Of a stretch of 64,000 nucleotides of DNA, positions 48,549 to 61,554 are shown one piece after another. This DNA comes from Pseudogymnoascus verrucosus (lineage: Eukaryota), in the NCBI GenBank assembly GCA_001662655.1, contig KV460274.1; one strand, given 5' to 3'. The notes under the pieces were generated by a model that searched no databases, was not told the origin of the DNA, and saw only the letters and a program-made list of their open reading frames with translations. Position numbers and translations under genes: made by a program. The number at the start of each line of letters is the position of its first letter. Positions within the stretch are counted from its first letter, which is position 1.

Positions 48549-49962
48549 ATGGTTGGGAGGAGGAGATTGGAGATTAGGCATAGGAGATTGAAGACAATGA
48601 TGATATGATATGCAGTAACTGCACGGTAGATAGAGTATAGTGAATAGAGGCCAAGGAGACAAGATGAGAGATGAGAGGCAAGATGAGACGAATAGAGGAG
48701 ATAATTAATGCAGAGTGACAAAGTATAATTGCCTATTACAGTACACTCCTAGGAATATCACACAACGATCGATATCGACAGCCTTATCAGCAGAGCTGTA
48801 GTAGCAACAAAGCAATATAGCAGTACAGTACAAGTACAGCACTCCCTTGTTGGCTTTCTATGCTTTGCAATCAAAGTAACAGTAACAATACAGCCAGTAT
48901 AGTGTGATTAGTACATTACTGTAGAGTACATTGGGCGTGGGGTGTTGGTAAGTTGGGTGCCGGTGGCGGTGGTGATAGTGAGTGGTGAGTGGCGGAGAGA
49001 TTAGATGGATGCGCTGGGCATTCTCTTAGTACGTGGTCTAGTACAGTTACTGTAGTAGTATTAGTAGTCTTAGTAGTATTAGCAGTCTTAGCATTCTACT
49101 AGTGACAGCATGAGAGACAAGACAAGACATACGAGACATACAAGACACACTCGACACACATGAAGCAAGAAGCAAATGTTGTAATCCTGAGTGCATATAT
49201 ACTTGGTAAGCATGTACTACAACCGAAGTTGACAACAAAGGATACAAGTACACAATACTCCACAGCCTGCGTTTGGCCGCATACAACACCACTAATGTGC
49301 ACCCTAAACATAAGAAATTAGTGGCAGGAAGGGTCGCATGTGAACTGTAATTCATGTACCCTCTACTTCCTCCATGTACTTCCACTACTTGTACGCGAGC
49401 TCTCTAATCACTTCTAAATCACTAGGGGACGGGAGACACACCAAATGCGTACTAGATGTACAATACACACTCGATTGTTCAATAATGATGCAAATTCCAA
49501 TCCAACCGTTCTCGTAAACATATATAATGGATGTAAGTGGATATCACTATGCGCCGAAAAATAAGAATCTCGTCCCAGTTTGCCATTAATAGAACTCGCG
49601 CATAACAAACTCCCTTCTAACCGCCCGCTCACGCGCGACTCTGTGCAGTTACTTGACGGAAAGCACGCACACGGACGCACGCACCCCCCCCCGCTTCCCC
49701 ACCTGAGCGCTTAGGATCCACCATTGTGCGTGTAAAGGCGCCAACATCGGTGATCGGTCCCCTGTCAGGGTCCGTATGTAGCCACGTGATATAATACTGG
49801 AAATAGAAGTTTGAAGATCCAATAGAGGGAAAGTAGAAGAAAGCATTGACAACGCACTGTACTGTACTGTACTGTACTGTACTGTGCGCTTGGAGTATTT
49901 ATCCGCTCTGATTCCGAGATCTACAACTAATTTACAATTGTACTGTACACTTTGTGCCACCG

Positions 49963-52587
49963 CTACAGAGGTGGCAGCGTCTCCCTGCATATCGGGCACT
50001 GCAACCTGAACTTCATCCACCCTTCAAGACATACGCTGTGGAAGACATGTCGACACGGAGTGACCATGTAAACTCTCCTCGCCAACATGCCTTGAACACC
50101 GCCAGTTGAGGCTGACTCCTTCTCACCCTCATCCCTTGCTGGAGCTATCGGCACCTCAAGCGCATTCATGCAAATCGCACAATCCACAGTCCTACTATGT
50201 CCATCGCGTTTCTTCCTCGGCTCTTCAGTCGAGCGTCTTCCATCTGGCGCGGCCTGCGCAAGCCCAATAGGCATTTCACCACCCTCAACGTCGTCGTCGC
50301 GGAGAATAGGATGGTAATCCCACGCTTCCGGTAGCCACGTTTTAGGCAGCCCAAATCGTGGACCGAGGACCTCTTGCGCGAAGAGAATCCACACCTGTAG
50401 CCACAACCACCCTCCCAGCATCGCCATGGTTGTACCGCTGGTCTCGGCAAAGAATATGTTGTCCTTCCTGAGGTAAAAGTAGGCGATAGGCGCGGCCCTC
50501 AGCAGACTCTGCCCAATGACAAACTTCCTCAGCAGGGCTTTGCGGCAGTTGCGCATGATATTTCGGTATATTTGAGGCACCCAGAAGGATAGGTATATGG
50601 AAGATAGCATATTAACGTAAAATGTGCGAGCCGCGGGTGGCCATGATATCGAGCTAACCGAGAGGAGAAAGAAGAACATGAGGCCTAAAAGAGCGGGACC
50701 AAGTGACGCTGCCATTTCTTGTCGTCGTGTAAGTGGTGGGATAGTAACTCTCTGAGCAGTTGCAGGGGCTGGTATTGCTGCAGCACCATTTGCCAAGTTA
50801 TCTGCTATCTCAGCATCGACATCCTGGTCTGATGGGACTATAATAGGGCCATTGCCAACCACTGCCGGCGCAGCCGGTGCGGCCGGTGCATTGATAGGGG
50901 CGGCAAGGGGTAGGACTTCTGCGCCTCCCGGTGTTATGATAGGAATTCCGGTGGTGACTGGAGCTGGATCGGCCAACGGTGCTGTAGGAGGCACCGTTGC
51001 CTGGGCAGCCTGTGGAGCCCGAGCAGCCGCTTGTGCGCGATCGCGTTCACGTTCCCGCTCCCGACGCTCTGGGGCTTGAACTTTGTTGATATCTGCCAAA
51101 AACCTGGCCCCCAAACCGACGGCCATAGCACATGAAAAGCCAGCGAGTGTCATGGTGGGGAAAACAGCGGGCGCTGCGTTGGCAACCATCATCAAGCTGA
51201 GAAATAGGGTAAAGTCCACGGCGAGCATGAATGAGATGGTGTAAAAGCTGATCCTGCCAACTGTTGATGGTGTCGAGGCGTCCTTCATCTGAGAAAGAAG
51301 CAAAAGAACTTGGCCAAAAAGGCACGTACCCCATACGAGGAGCCAATTCTTCACACGCGAAATAAAGGCTTCCAGCTTGTAACCCTGTAGATGAAGGCCT
51401 TGAGCTGGTGCATAAGAAGGAGGTCCTTTTGATTCCAGCACAAAGTCACAATCCGGAGAGAAGACAATGAAGGACATTTGAAGTGGAGGTGCCTTTGAGA
51501 GTGGTGCGCCCGTTGGAAATCGAAGTTCTTGTTCAATCCGCTGGACGGCGGTTTGCAGAGACGGCTCATCTAGTTTGGAGCTGTGGCTGATCTGCTCCTT
51601 CTTCATCGGATAAACCTGTACATATGCAACGTATTCGCAATGAGGCAGTGGCAGCATGCTGTCTTCGGACCATGGGTCTCTCAAATCGATCCAAGCCGAC
51701 TTCTGTTTGCTGTGTAGGATATCGCCCAACGTTTTATTCAAGGCATGCTGGGTGTCGTTAAATTCATCCTTGTTTGACGTTAAATGTGGCAAGCCATATA
51801 TGCCAGCAAACTTATTGCTCGTAGTTGTCAACACTAGAGCACCAGTTTGAGGCCATTGGATACCATGGAGTCGCATATCCCACCCGTCGCCTGTGCTGCT
51901 CTCATCTTGTACAGTCAGTGTCGCTGTAACCTCCCTGGGTGCCCCCGGCACAATTGGCCTAGTTTCCTGCTCCCCAGGCTCCCCAAAAGCCGGGACTCTG
52001 CTATAATCCTCGATCCGCATCATGGCTTTTCCTTCCGCGCCGGTGATATTCCGATTCCATTGATTCCAAGCCCAGTTCGTGCCTGGCGCAATCGCGGACA
52101 GATTCAGACCCCAGCCACCCACTCCCTGGTTTTCAAACCCCGACCCTTGACTCTTCACCCAAGGACCCTTAACAATACCAGTTACATTCTCGTACAAAGC
52201 CCAATCTTTCTCAAGGCCATGCTTCGCTGCCTGCTGGAAGGTCTCAAAGCGCTCTTTCACCTTGCGTAATCGACCCCAACTATATCCATCTTCCTCTCTG
52301 AAGCCTGTGATATTGACATACCGAACATCGGCACCCATCTCTTTATCCTCGCCAATCTCCCTTGGCAAGAAATCTCCCCATCGCGTCTGATTCAACACAT
52401 CGAGCGAGTGAGACTCTCGTGCCATCTTGGTATTGAAGAGCTCCCTTGGAGAAATCATACCTGGAGGAGGTCCCCCGGCTGGCGAGGAGTAGAAATACAT
52501 CATCATGATCATCATGATCACGAAGCCCGGATGCGGCGGCTGCCCTGTGACAGGCGCCCCAGGGCGAATCCGGTTCTCGTTGTTCAT
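49963..52587 (-). CDS. TUL1: Golgi transmembrane RING E3 ubiquitin ligase (Tul1/Dsc1)
   Basis: Luminal domain (NVTGIVKGPW, PHCEY, FSPDC), multiple TM helices (SFWVPQIYRN, QEVLGPRF, WDYHP) and RING-H2 CAICM...YMVTPCRHVFHSVCLEGWMKFRLQCPICR. Confidence 0.9.
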   Translation of the reverse strand: MNNENRIRPGAPVTGQPPHPGFVIMMIMMMYFYSSPAGGPPPGMISPRELFNTKMARESHSLDVLNQTRWGDFLPREIGEDKEMGADVRYVNITGFREEDGYSWGRLRKVKERFETFQQAAKHGLEKDWALYENVTGIVKGPWVKSQGSGFENQGVGGWGLNLSAIAPGTNWAWNQWNRNITGAEGKAMMRIEDYSRVPAFGEPGEQETRPIVPGAPREVTATLTVQDESSTGDGWDMRLHGIQWPQTGALVLTTTSNKFAGIYGLPHLTSNKDEFNDTQHALNKTLGDILHSKQKSAWIDLRDPWSEDSMLPLPHCEYVAYVQVYPMKKEQISHSSKLDEPSLQTAVQRIEQELRFPTGAPLSKAPPLQMSFIVFSPDCDFVLESKGPPSYAPAQGLHLQGYKLEAFISRVKNWLLVWGTCLFGQVLLLLSQMKDASTPSTVGRISFYTISFMLAVDFTLFLSLMMVANAAPAVFPTMTLAGFSCAMAVGLGARFLADINKVQAPERRERERERDRAQAAARAPQAAQATVPPTAPLADPAPVTTGIPIITPGGAEVLPLAAPINAPAAPAAPAVVGNGPIIVPSDQDVDAEIADNLANGAAAIPAPATAQRVTIPPLTRRQEMAASLGPALLGLMFFFLLSVSSISWPPAARTFYVNMLSSIYLSFWVPQIYRNIMRNCRKALLRKFVIGQSLLRAAPIAYFYLRKDNIFFAETSGTTMAMLGGWLWLQVWILFAQEVLGPRFGLPKTWLPEAWDYHPILRDDDVEGGEMPIGLAQAAPDGRRSTEEPRKKRDGHSRTVDCAICMNALEVPIAPARDEGEKESASTGGVQGMLARRVYMVTPCRHVFHSVCLEGWMKFRLQCPICRETLPPL

Positions 52588-53017
52588 GGTAGCGACGCGT
52601 GATAGCAGCCAAGAGGATAGAGCAGTTATCCAAAGACCATTATTGACCAAGCTGTGAGGTAACTCACACTGTGCATGTCATAAGCAAACTTCAATCACTG
52701 AAAGACTAAATGTGGCTTCCAGTTCTCAAGCCTAAAGGAGAGTAGTAGGTCAACCCAAAGGTGTCTCATACGCCAAGCGCTGCCTGGGTGCGAGTAAGGT
52801 GGGGATTGGCCACTGAGGCGCGGCCACTTCCCTTATAATACTCCACCAAGGTGTCCAGCGCACTAGTGACGGAACAACTAAGTTCCGCAATCTGGGCCCC
52901 AAGACCGACGTCGTGCATTCACAGACCCTAAAGTGTCTATCCAGGTGCTTGGGACTAGCTACTGTTACGACTAACATTGCATATTCTGGGGCTACGACGG
53001 CTTGTATGCAGATAATC

Positions 53018-53413
53018 ATGTCAGCAAATGCACAGAACAATGCCGGTGAGGGTTTGACCAGCCGGCCCCTTTCTATTGTATGTACAGGATATTTTTCCCG
53101 TATCTCGCGAGTCGATTCATGATACTCATGTTTACTTCATTGACATATATGCGCAGCAACCATCAGCCAACCAGGACGCTCTCGACCTCGTCAAAATGGT
53201 TGATGATCTTCTTGACGATATTTCTACCCGCTTTACTGCCACTTCGACCGAACTATTCTCCAAGAGTGCGTTTCCTCAGGCGTTGCTTTCTATACCCCAC
53301 AACTGACAGCGCCCTCTACAGTGGATGAAATGGCCAGGCGGCTCGACCATCTCGAGTCTTCAATCCTCGCCCGTGACTCTCAGGATGATGCCAACCGCAC
53401 ACCGAAGAAGTGA
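53018..53413 (+). CDS. Small coiled-coil protein, heat shock factor binding protein 1 (HSBP1)-like
   Basis: Introns 53078-53156 (GTATGT...CAG) and 53266-53321 splice in frame to ...DLVKMVDDLLDDISTRFTATSTELFSKMDEMARRLDHLESSI...; not seen as one ORF in the six-frame track. Confidence 0.75.
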
Positions 53414-53919
53414 GCTGATGAATTATCATGATAATGCAATTTGAGTGATGCAAGAAGCAATGGAGTTCGGCGTTCAGAAGGCACAGCCAATATTACTGTC
53501 CTGGAAGCAGTTCAGGGAGCCAGGCAACCAGTTGGAACTTCCGCATGCTATTGATACCAGGGGAAGTTATTTGGAGACCAGTCTATCAAGAATTCTGTCC
53601 GAACAGGCTGCTGGCGAAAGGGACCCACCATAATCTTGCGACCCAAAGGTCTGTTGAGGGGCTTGGGTAAAGGAAGAATGGCAGTTTTACCCAAGAATCC
53701 TTCTCCTCTCTATTCAGCTTCTGTTCGGCTTTCTATGCAGTGAGCTCCTCACTGCGATCCTAGAAAGGGCTGTAATATGATAATCGCAAAGTGCAGTGAT
53801 TTAGATGTTTACTTTGTAGGCATAATTATGAATCTCACAAGCAAAACGATTTCATTGATGTCTATATGATGGCAAATTGCGGCTTAGCTATATTATAGCA
53901 CTGCCCTTCCTGATTAAGC

Positions 53920-55088
53920 TTACAATTCCTCGTGGGCCTTCTTCTCCTGCTCCTTCTCCTCGAAAGTCTTAAGGATGTTGCTTTTGGCAGTCATCTCGTC
54001 CTCCTTGACCTTGGCCAAGTTACCCTTGTTCAGTAAACCTTGAAGTCTGGCGAGCTCCTTGGCGGCGTACTCCTTGCTTTCCGACAACTTCGCGAATACC
54101 TTGACGTAGTACTCGGCGTACTTCTTCTCCGCGGTATCCTGGAGCTCCTGGGCAATCTTGGTTGCCTCTGCAGTAATCTCGGCGACGTTGGTGGTACCGC
54201 CCAGCTTCTTGATGACCTTGTCAAAGGCGTCAATAATGCCAGCTCGGGCATCGAGGCCACCGCCGGGAGTGCGGTGTGTGCCGGCCTTCGCATTGAGGAA
54301 TTCAAGGAGGTCATTCTCCGAGCGTCCACCAGAGTATGCTACACCCTCAGTGGATCCACGGGGGTAGAACTTGATAGTGGGGTAAGAGCTGACACCCTCG
54401 AGAGCGGCAGTCAACTTGGAGTTCTCAGCGTCAGCGTCGACCTTGGCGACAACCACGCTGCTCTCAGCGGCAAAGTCGGTGGCAACCTCTTCCCAGATAG
54501 GAGCAAGAGTCTTGCAGTCTATAAGCATAATTAGTACTCCGACCAACAAAGCCTATGACTGTCAGAGGGGAACTTACGACCGCACCATGGTGCAGTGAAA
54601 GCAACGAGAACATCCTTGTCGCCACCAATGGCCTCCTTGAAGTTTGCGTCGGTCAAAAACACGACATCACTTGCTGGTGCCTTGGCCTTCCGTGGCTTAA
54701 TGCCCGTCTTATCCGTAATGAACTTGGTGAGGCTCTCCAGATCCCTTCCACCACTGTAGTCTTGTGGGTCCTTGCTCTTTCCGTCAAAGTATTTGATAGT
54801 GGGGAATCCTTGGATGCCGAAGCGCTTCCCAAGGGACTTCTCGGCATCAGCGTCGACCTTCGCGACGGAAACCTTATCGGAGGCGAATTCGAAAGCTTGC
54901 GCAAGCTCCTCGTAAACAGGGGCAAGAGTCTTGCAGTGGCCGCACCACGGAGCAAAAAACTCAACGAGAGCTGGCTTTCCTGATAGCACGATTTTGTCGA
55001 AGTTATCTGGGATGAGGTCGATAACAGCAGATTTCGCCACTGCAACAGCTGCCAGACCGGCGAGCACAAAGCCCTTGGTGAAGATCAT
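53920..55088 (-). CDS. tigA: Protein disulfide isomerase TigA/ERp38 (two thioredoxin domains plus ERp29-like C-domain)
   Basis: Signal peptide; two APWCGHCK motifs (the second split by intron 54519-54577); helical C-domain KYAEYYVKV; ER retrieval signal HEEL. Confidence 0.92.
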
Positions 55089-55893
55089 CTTGAAGAGTTC
55101 CCTGTGGTTCGTACACTGAAGCGCGAATTAGTCACAGAATACCGAGGAAATCGTGATCAGTTGATGGATTAGAAAAAGACTTACAGATGAAATGTGATTG
55201 TTGGTGAAAGAGGATTGTAGAAAGTTCTGGTGATGACAGATTCGCAACCTGGCGATTCTGGTGGCAGGTCCGTTTTGTATGGGGCGTATGGGGCAAGGTA
55301 GGACTTGCTTACCATGGCGCCAGATGGTGCAGTACCGTTGTTCCATCCAGGTAAAGCTCGGGCCCGGCAGTAGCCGGTACCATACAGCACTTTGTGTCGC
55401 GCTAGTACAGTTTAGTTACGGTTCAGTACAGCTTCCTTCCCCCTGTGCGATTAAGCGCTGAGCCGCAAGCCTCGGCGGTTTTATCTGGCGACTTCATCTG
55501 GCGTGACAATAGCAAGAAATAAGAAATAAGAAATTTAAATGTAAAAGGAGAAGAAGAAAATGGGTGTTGCCACGTATGCATGGTCTATGAGATGGGCGGC
55601 TGACTATAGAGCAGCATCACTACAGTAGTTATCTCCCTTGCATGACAACCCAAAACACAAATACAAGCCGATAGATCTCCATAGGACGGACTAATTATGG
55701 GGGTGGGGTGACTTTGTATATTCACTATGGTTACAAAGATCCTGTTTCCCTCGTGTCCATTGATATCTCCTTGTGGGCGGATGATGTCAACGCCTGCCAC
55801 CTACAAACGCCAGAATGCAAGGATTCGCACAATGCTCGCTGCTCGCTGTATCATAAACCATTAGGCAGGAGGAGGTAAGCTTGGAAACAAGGC

Positions 55894-58481
55894 TCAACGC
55901 CGCTCAGCCAAGTACTTCGCCGCACTTTCCCAGACATCTTGATCCTCCACTTTGGCCCCCAAAGATTTAACACCCGCGTGAAGCGAGTCGAAAAATTTGA
56001 ATGCCAGCTCGAGATCGCCCAGGATGTCTTCAGCGTGAGCAATCGGCCATTTCTCGTATCGAGACTTTTCTCGGGCCTTCAATTCTGCCGAGGAGTGACC
56101 TTGGTGTTGCTCGTCGAGGTATGTCTTCACTGTGATGCCAAACGCGATGCTGATATCTTCGCCGAAAAGGAGGCTATTCAACTATAGTTAATATATGCAC
56201 GCATGAAAGGAGTAAGGGCTAAATACCTGGCACCGATTTTCTCCCAGTCCGTGCGATTCTTGCGTTCAGCATGGGAACTTATGAACATTGACGCCGCGAC
56301 AGCTTCGATCAAGTCACGGTCACATTCCCGCACTGCAGTGATAATGGAATGATGTGCCAGAAGGTTTTTACTAAGGGGGCCAGTGAAGCCGATCTCCTTA
56401 TGGCGGAGCTTGAGAAGACAGGCGCAGCGAGCGATGAGGAGGCAAAGCTTATTCTGCTCATCGTTGCCCATGTTTGGGCCTCCAATCCACTCATCGTGGC
56501 GATTACGAGCATTGAGAATGTCGTGACGCAGAAGCTCGAACGCAAGCAATGCTGCCTCTTCTTGGTTAGGCGTCGGAAGTGCACGCACTGTAGTTGCCAA
56601 TGCGCTTCCCCAATCAGTGAGCTTGTGCTCGTCATTAATGTACTCTCTCAGGTGAAGAAATCGCCAGAGAGTGTTAGCTACAACCGATTCGGTGGAGACA
56701 ATACTGCCGGGCTTGGCTGGGGTATCCTTCTTCAATGTCGCCTTTCGGAAATTTTCATCCTCCAAAGCTTTCAAGGCAAATCCGATGGAACCTGGCTGTG
56801 CTTTCACATCCTTTAGACTTTGAATGGTCTCGTCGTCAACACGCCACGTGGCGGCTTGGCGATCTGGGGCAGGTGTGACATCTTGGTGGGACATTTTCAC
56901 AGTCTTCTTGTCGTCGTACCAAAACTTCATCTCGATATTTTTGTGCTGAAATGCCCTGTGCAACCTGCTCGCGTAAAGAGCAATTGTTTGCTCTTGAATA
57001 GGTACGAGCTGCTGAGTAACCAGCTTTCTATACTCATCCGACTCGCCTCCATCCAGCGGCGGATAGACATACATTCGAAGGGATCCTAAGGAGTTCAAGA
57101 CTCTTGGCCCAACGAGTGCCTTGCTTTGATAATGGTAAATTTCCGAGGCTAGTTGAAGGCCGATGTACTCGTGATGGTCCCCGCTCAATTCGTTGAATTT
57201 CATGACCTCTAGGGTGCCGTTTGTGGACAAGATAACAGCATGTTTAATGGCCATGCGGCATTTCTGATACTTGTCTTGCCAGTTAGGATCTTGTTTCTGC
57301 AAGGCCTCGCTCCAGGTTTCACACAAATTTGCGATGGACTTTCCAGCCGTGCGGTACATGTTAACCGCATCCAAGATTGTAAACGGCTGCTTGGGCACAA
57401 CTGCAGGGTCGTTGAGAGCTGGAAATGGCTGGAGAGACGGTGTCCCAGTCATCAAATAAGAGTCGATAAAGGTCTCCTCATTAACGTTGAGCTTTTTAAG
57501 CAGTTGCGTCTTGACGAGGCCATAAACAAGCCCTTTCTCGAAATCGATCTCTGTTATGAGAGACTCATTGATGTTGTATAGGAGGAGCTCTGGAGGCCCC
57601 ATGATGCCCACAGCACAGTCGAGATCCTTCGAGTCAATATATGCCATCTGGAAATATTAGTCATACTATCTATAACACTTCTTAGTGGACTGACCTGGGC
57701 GCAAGCACTATATGGAGCTACTTCGAAAGTAAGACCGCGCTCGATTAAGATCTGTTGGAAATAGCGTTGTAGGTGGTTGGCTTTGACGGATCCTACACAC
57801 TGTTTAGTCGGGGACAACCACATAAAGTATCGAACTGCATACCCGTTTTGCCAAATGCGATGACAGCCTCTGTCGGCTGGTTCTGGTAGTATGGCTGCCA
57901 TGCAGCGTTACTCTTCTCCATTGACGACTTTGCGTCCTTCATAGCCACCTCCTCCAACCCAACTGTGGCTTGGCCATCGAAATAGAACCTGGGCGTAATG
58001 CCATGCTTTTGCCACTGGTCAAGGTCTGCATTTATGTGTATTCTGATTGCGAGAGGAAAGCCACCGATGGCAGAGAGAAGAGGTTCGGCCGATGGCGGGG
58101 TATCTAAGAATTTTTGGAGGTAATAAGAGGCATGGACTGCAATTGGGGCGTCCCTGTATTCGGCGATAGGCTGCGACCTGGACCAGTTAGCTCTGATTGA
58201 GATTTGACTGAGAGGCTGCTCACAGGTTTTGTGACTCAAGGTACGAGTCGCCATCTGGGTCTAAAGTAAGAAATATGTCAGTACAGGCAATTACAGAACT
58301 CCAGCCTCTTGTTGGTAGCAAAACGAGGCTATATTCGCAGTACAACCTCCCTCCTTGCGAGGATCAACTATGAACCCAGGTAATTGCTATTTGCTATGGG
58401 TGGGAATTGGGGGTCCGTATGTAGCAAGCTCCGCAAGGGCGTAGAAACTTGGGGGTGACTAGAGGCAGACTCACGAGGCAT
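55894..58481 (-). CDS. MKT1: Mkt1 (XPG/PIN-like; post-transcriptional regulator, M2 dsRNA maintenance in yeast)
   Basis: Exon 1 is ATG CCT C; introns ~58261-58474, ~58178-58223 and three more downstream. Motifs EPLLSAIGGFP, ITPRFYFDG, FEVAPYSACAQMAY, WRFLHLREYI, FTGPLSKNLL. Confidence 0.85.
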
Positions 58482-59364
58482 CTTCAGAGCTTTATAAACC
58501 GTCGAACTGAGTCTGCTTGTAAAATACGTCCTGCAAACAGGTGTATTTTCTCTCAGTAATGGCGCCCTGCTCCAAGTTTATGGCGAACAAACTGCGTTGT
58601 TTTGTTGTAAGTTGGGGCAGATTGGAATGGCCGTGAATCTTTGGACACAGCACACACCCGCTGCGCTGGGGGATTTGGTCTGGCTGTTACGATTGTTCGC
58701 TGGGTCGGAAGATGATGTAGCTGCCTCTGGAGTATTAATGTGATTCGGCGGTGTTAGATGGCGCCTCTACGTCCAAGTGAGTACAGAAAGAGCTACTGTG
58801 AGAAGGGTATGAATTCGTGTATTTGGGTGAAGTAATATATGGTACACACACAACCACCACAGCACGTACTCCGTACATATACTCTACTGCCAACACCCAA
58901 ACATCCAAATGTGACGGAACTTGCCGACGTTCTAATTTTGTAAGATGCAACACAACACCAAAATAGGAGACCAATCTTGCAAAAACCCAAATTCCTTATA
59001 AAGTATGCATGCTGGTTCATGATAATAACCAGTCACTGTGTCATTTTCAACACTCAGGAGCAAGTGTGAGCGGTCGAATTATGGTCCAAGTCACTCAGAT
59101 TGTGAAGGGGTCCTTCGTGACAGTGGAAGCACGCAACTCTCACCCAGCAAGCCAAATGCAGTATTTCCCATCGAAACATAATATTCATTAACAATCATAT
59201 AAAGCTGGTAAGCCATGTTTCCTCATAATGTCCACCAGCCCTTAATTCTCAACTCCTGACCGCCCCCGCCAGCAACCCAAATGAGTAGGTCAAATTCCAG
59301 CCAACGCCAACGCTATAGAGGTACAGGTAAACATTCACACTTCCTATCTCCTGCTGAAGTAAGA

Positions 59365-61209
59365 TCATGCTGCTAGCCTCCTTTTAATCGGAGCCGGCGC
59401 ATCCTTTCCAGCTGCAGTTTTCTCCCCGTCATCCTCTCTCAACCTCGCCATTTCCCCTAACCTCTTCAACTTATCTAGTAAATTACTGATAGGTAGATAA
59501 GGCCTTTGAGCTTCAATAACGAGATTCTCCCTAGCTGCAATTTCATCCGCGTGCCATAGGAAATGGCTTTGCACTTTGGCCCGGCCGTCAGGTTCACCCG
59601 CATTTGGGATCGTGTGCCCGCAAGCCTCTTTGTGACATGTCCAGAGTCCATTTGGGCCTTGAGGAGCCGATGAGGGGAGGACAGTGGACTCAAGATCAAA
59701 CTCTATCGGCAGTTCGTCCCCGTCATCTCCTTCGTCCTCATCTTCCTCAAATTCGTCTTCGGCGGATTCTTCTTTCGCAGCGGCATCTTTCATTTTCTGT
59801 CGTTTTGCGGACCTCATATCAGGCTCATCGTCATATGGTGTCGGCGACCGCTTCTGTTGGCTGGCAGGTGTACTTTTCAACCGGAGACCAGCGGCTTTTC
59901 CAGCCCCCTTTCCAGCCCCTTTGCCTGCCCTTCTGTGCACGGGTTCAGGAGTCGGCGAGGGTTCTGCCACTTCACGCTTTTCATCTTCTATGCCGTCGCG
60001 CATTAGCAACACCAATCCAATCGCTTGCTTGTGACACTCGGCATCTGCCACCTTCTGATGCCCTGTAGAAAGTATTTCAAGTTTATGGAATATAGGGCTG
60101 CCAGCCCACTCTTCGCCCAACCCGTGGTATATCGTCTTGGCGTGCACTTGAATAACTTCTTTTGCAAGGTCTTCGTCGATGATTTCGAACCGTTCATACA
60201 TAATTCGTGCTAGGGACCTAATATTCATTCGTGGTATTCGTAGGAAACCCGATGTGTGTAAGTCGTTCATAAATTGGAGGATCGTGGCAGCCGCGCCTAT
60301 CGGCTTGTTTTTGGCCGCTTGCGACGATGCTGGTTTCCCCTTGCTACCAGATTGATCAGTGGCGCTTATGCTTGCCTGCCTACCGGTAGGATTATGCTGC
60401 TTGGTGATATCTGGTGAATTCTGCACCAGCCATTTGAAGAATGGTGTAGTCTTCCAACCCATATCGGCCGAACTTCTGTTTTTCATCTGCGAAAGCAAGA
60501 ACTTGGCATGTTCCAAGCATAGCTTCTTCATCTTAGCCTGCGTAGATTTATTTCCCTTTTCTTTAATACACTACAAGAGCAACGTTAAAAAATAGACCGT
60601 AAATCTTTGGGCGGCTTAGTATACCTTATCGAGAACCTGTTCGACGTCAGGAGGCTTCTGGCTCTTCCCTTTGCCCCGCGATTTTGTGTCCGTATGTATG
60701 TCGCAAAGTATATAATACAGCTCAATTGCCTCCGTCATCCTGTTATAGATTTCTTGATAGATCGGTGCTGGCTTGATTTCGAACCAGCCCGCTTTCCCGT
60801 TTGCCCAAAGTGTTATCGGACCATCACCGATACTGAAGCCCCGCACATTGGTAACCTCCACCAAGCAATCTTTATATTCTTTATCTTTTAGGATGCCTGC
60901 AAAATAATAAGCCAATGTTGGGATGCACATATGAATTCTATACTCACGGAAATGGTGGTAATCCCGGTCAACCACAAGCTTCCCGCGGATTGAGAAAGGG
61001 CCCTCAAGCTCAGTGTGAAGAAGGTTGGCCAGAGTCTCGCCATCCTTCCCATATACAACAGCATCCTGGAGAAGGTAAATTGGCCAGTCGTCCGACCCGA
61101 TGGTCTTCGACACGGGTTGCAAAACTTCTTCCTCACTTAAGCACTTCGTTGAACGGGATTGGGAGGCGGCGTCAGTGTCGCATTCCGTAGTCGAGACCTT
61201 CCGCCCCAT
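59365..61209 (-). CDS. DNMT1-type RFTS (replication foci) domain protein with C-terminal Cys/His finger; DIM-7/Raf2-like
   Basis: N-terminal DDWPIYLLQDAVVY..DG.TLANLL...GPFSIRGKL...IGDG...LWA.GKAGWFEIKPAPIY..IY..M.EAI.LYY; introns 60897-60947 and 60571-60624; C-terminal WTCHKEACG...HFLWH. Confidence 0.65.
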
Positions 61210-61554
61210 TGTGTCCAAGATAAAGTCTTATCGTGGCATGGATGGTAAATAGATCTGGCGTTAGATACGCAGCGGCTTTGATATCTTGTGATGGCGATAT
61301 GTTATTCCTAGCAGAAAAGAAATCCAAAAGATAGCCTCCATTTATAATTCACAACGAGACTATGCTGTACTTGAAGTGAATATGGGCGCGTGCCGACGCG
61401 ACCCAGGTACCAGTCGTTCAATGACTCGATAAGCGCCGCTAAATAATATCGATAAGAAACCTTGACACGGGTAATAGGATATTTTAGCTTGCAACACGTT
61501 TGTTGGTCACCTTGAGTTTCCACCTGTGTATCATACAAACCAAAACTCGAACGT

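Noticed and set aside
53045..53156. Stwintron (nested intron) in the HSBP1-like gene
   Set aside because: Excising an internal intron from 53046 does not rebuild a valid donor; a simple GTATGT donor at 53078 explains the frame.
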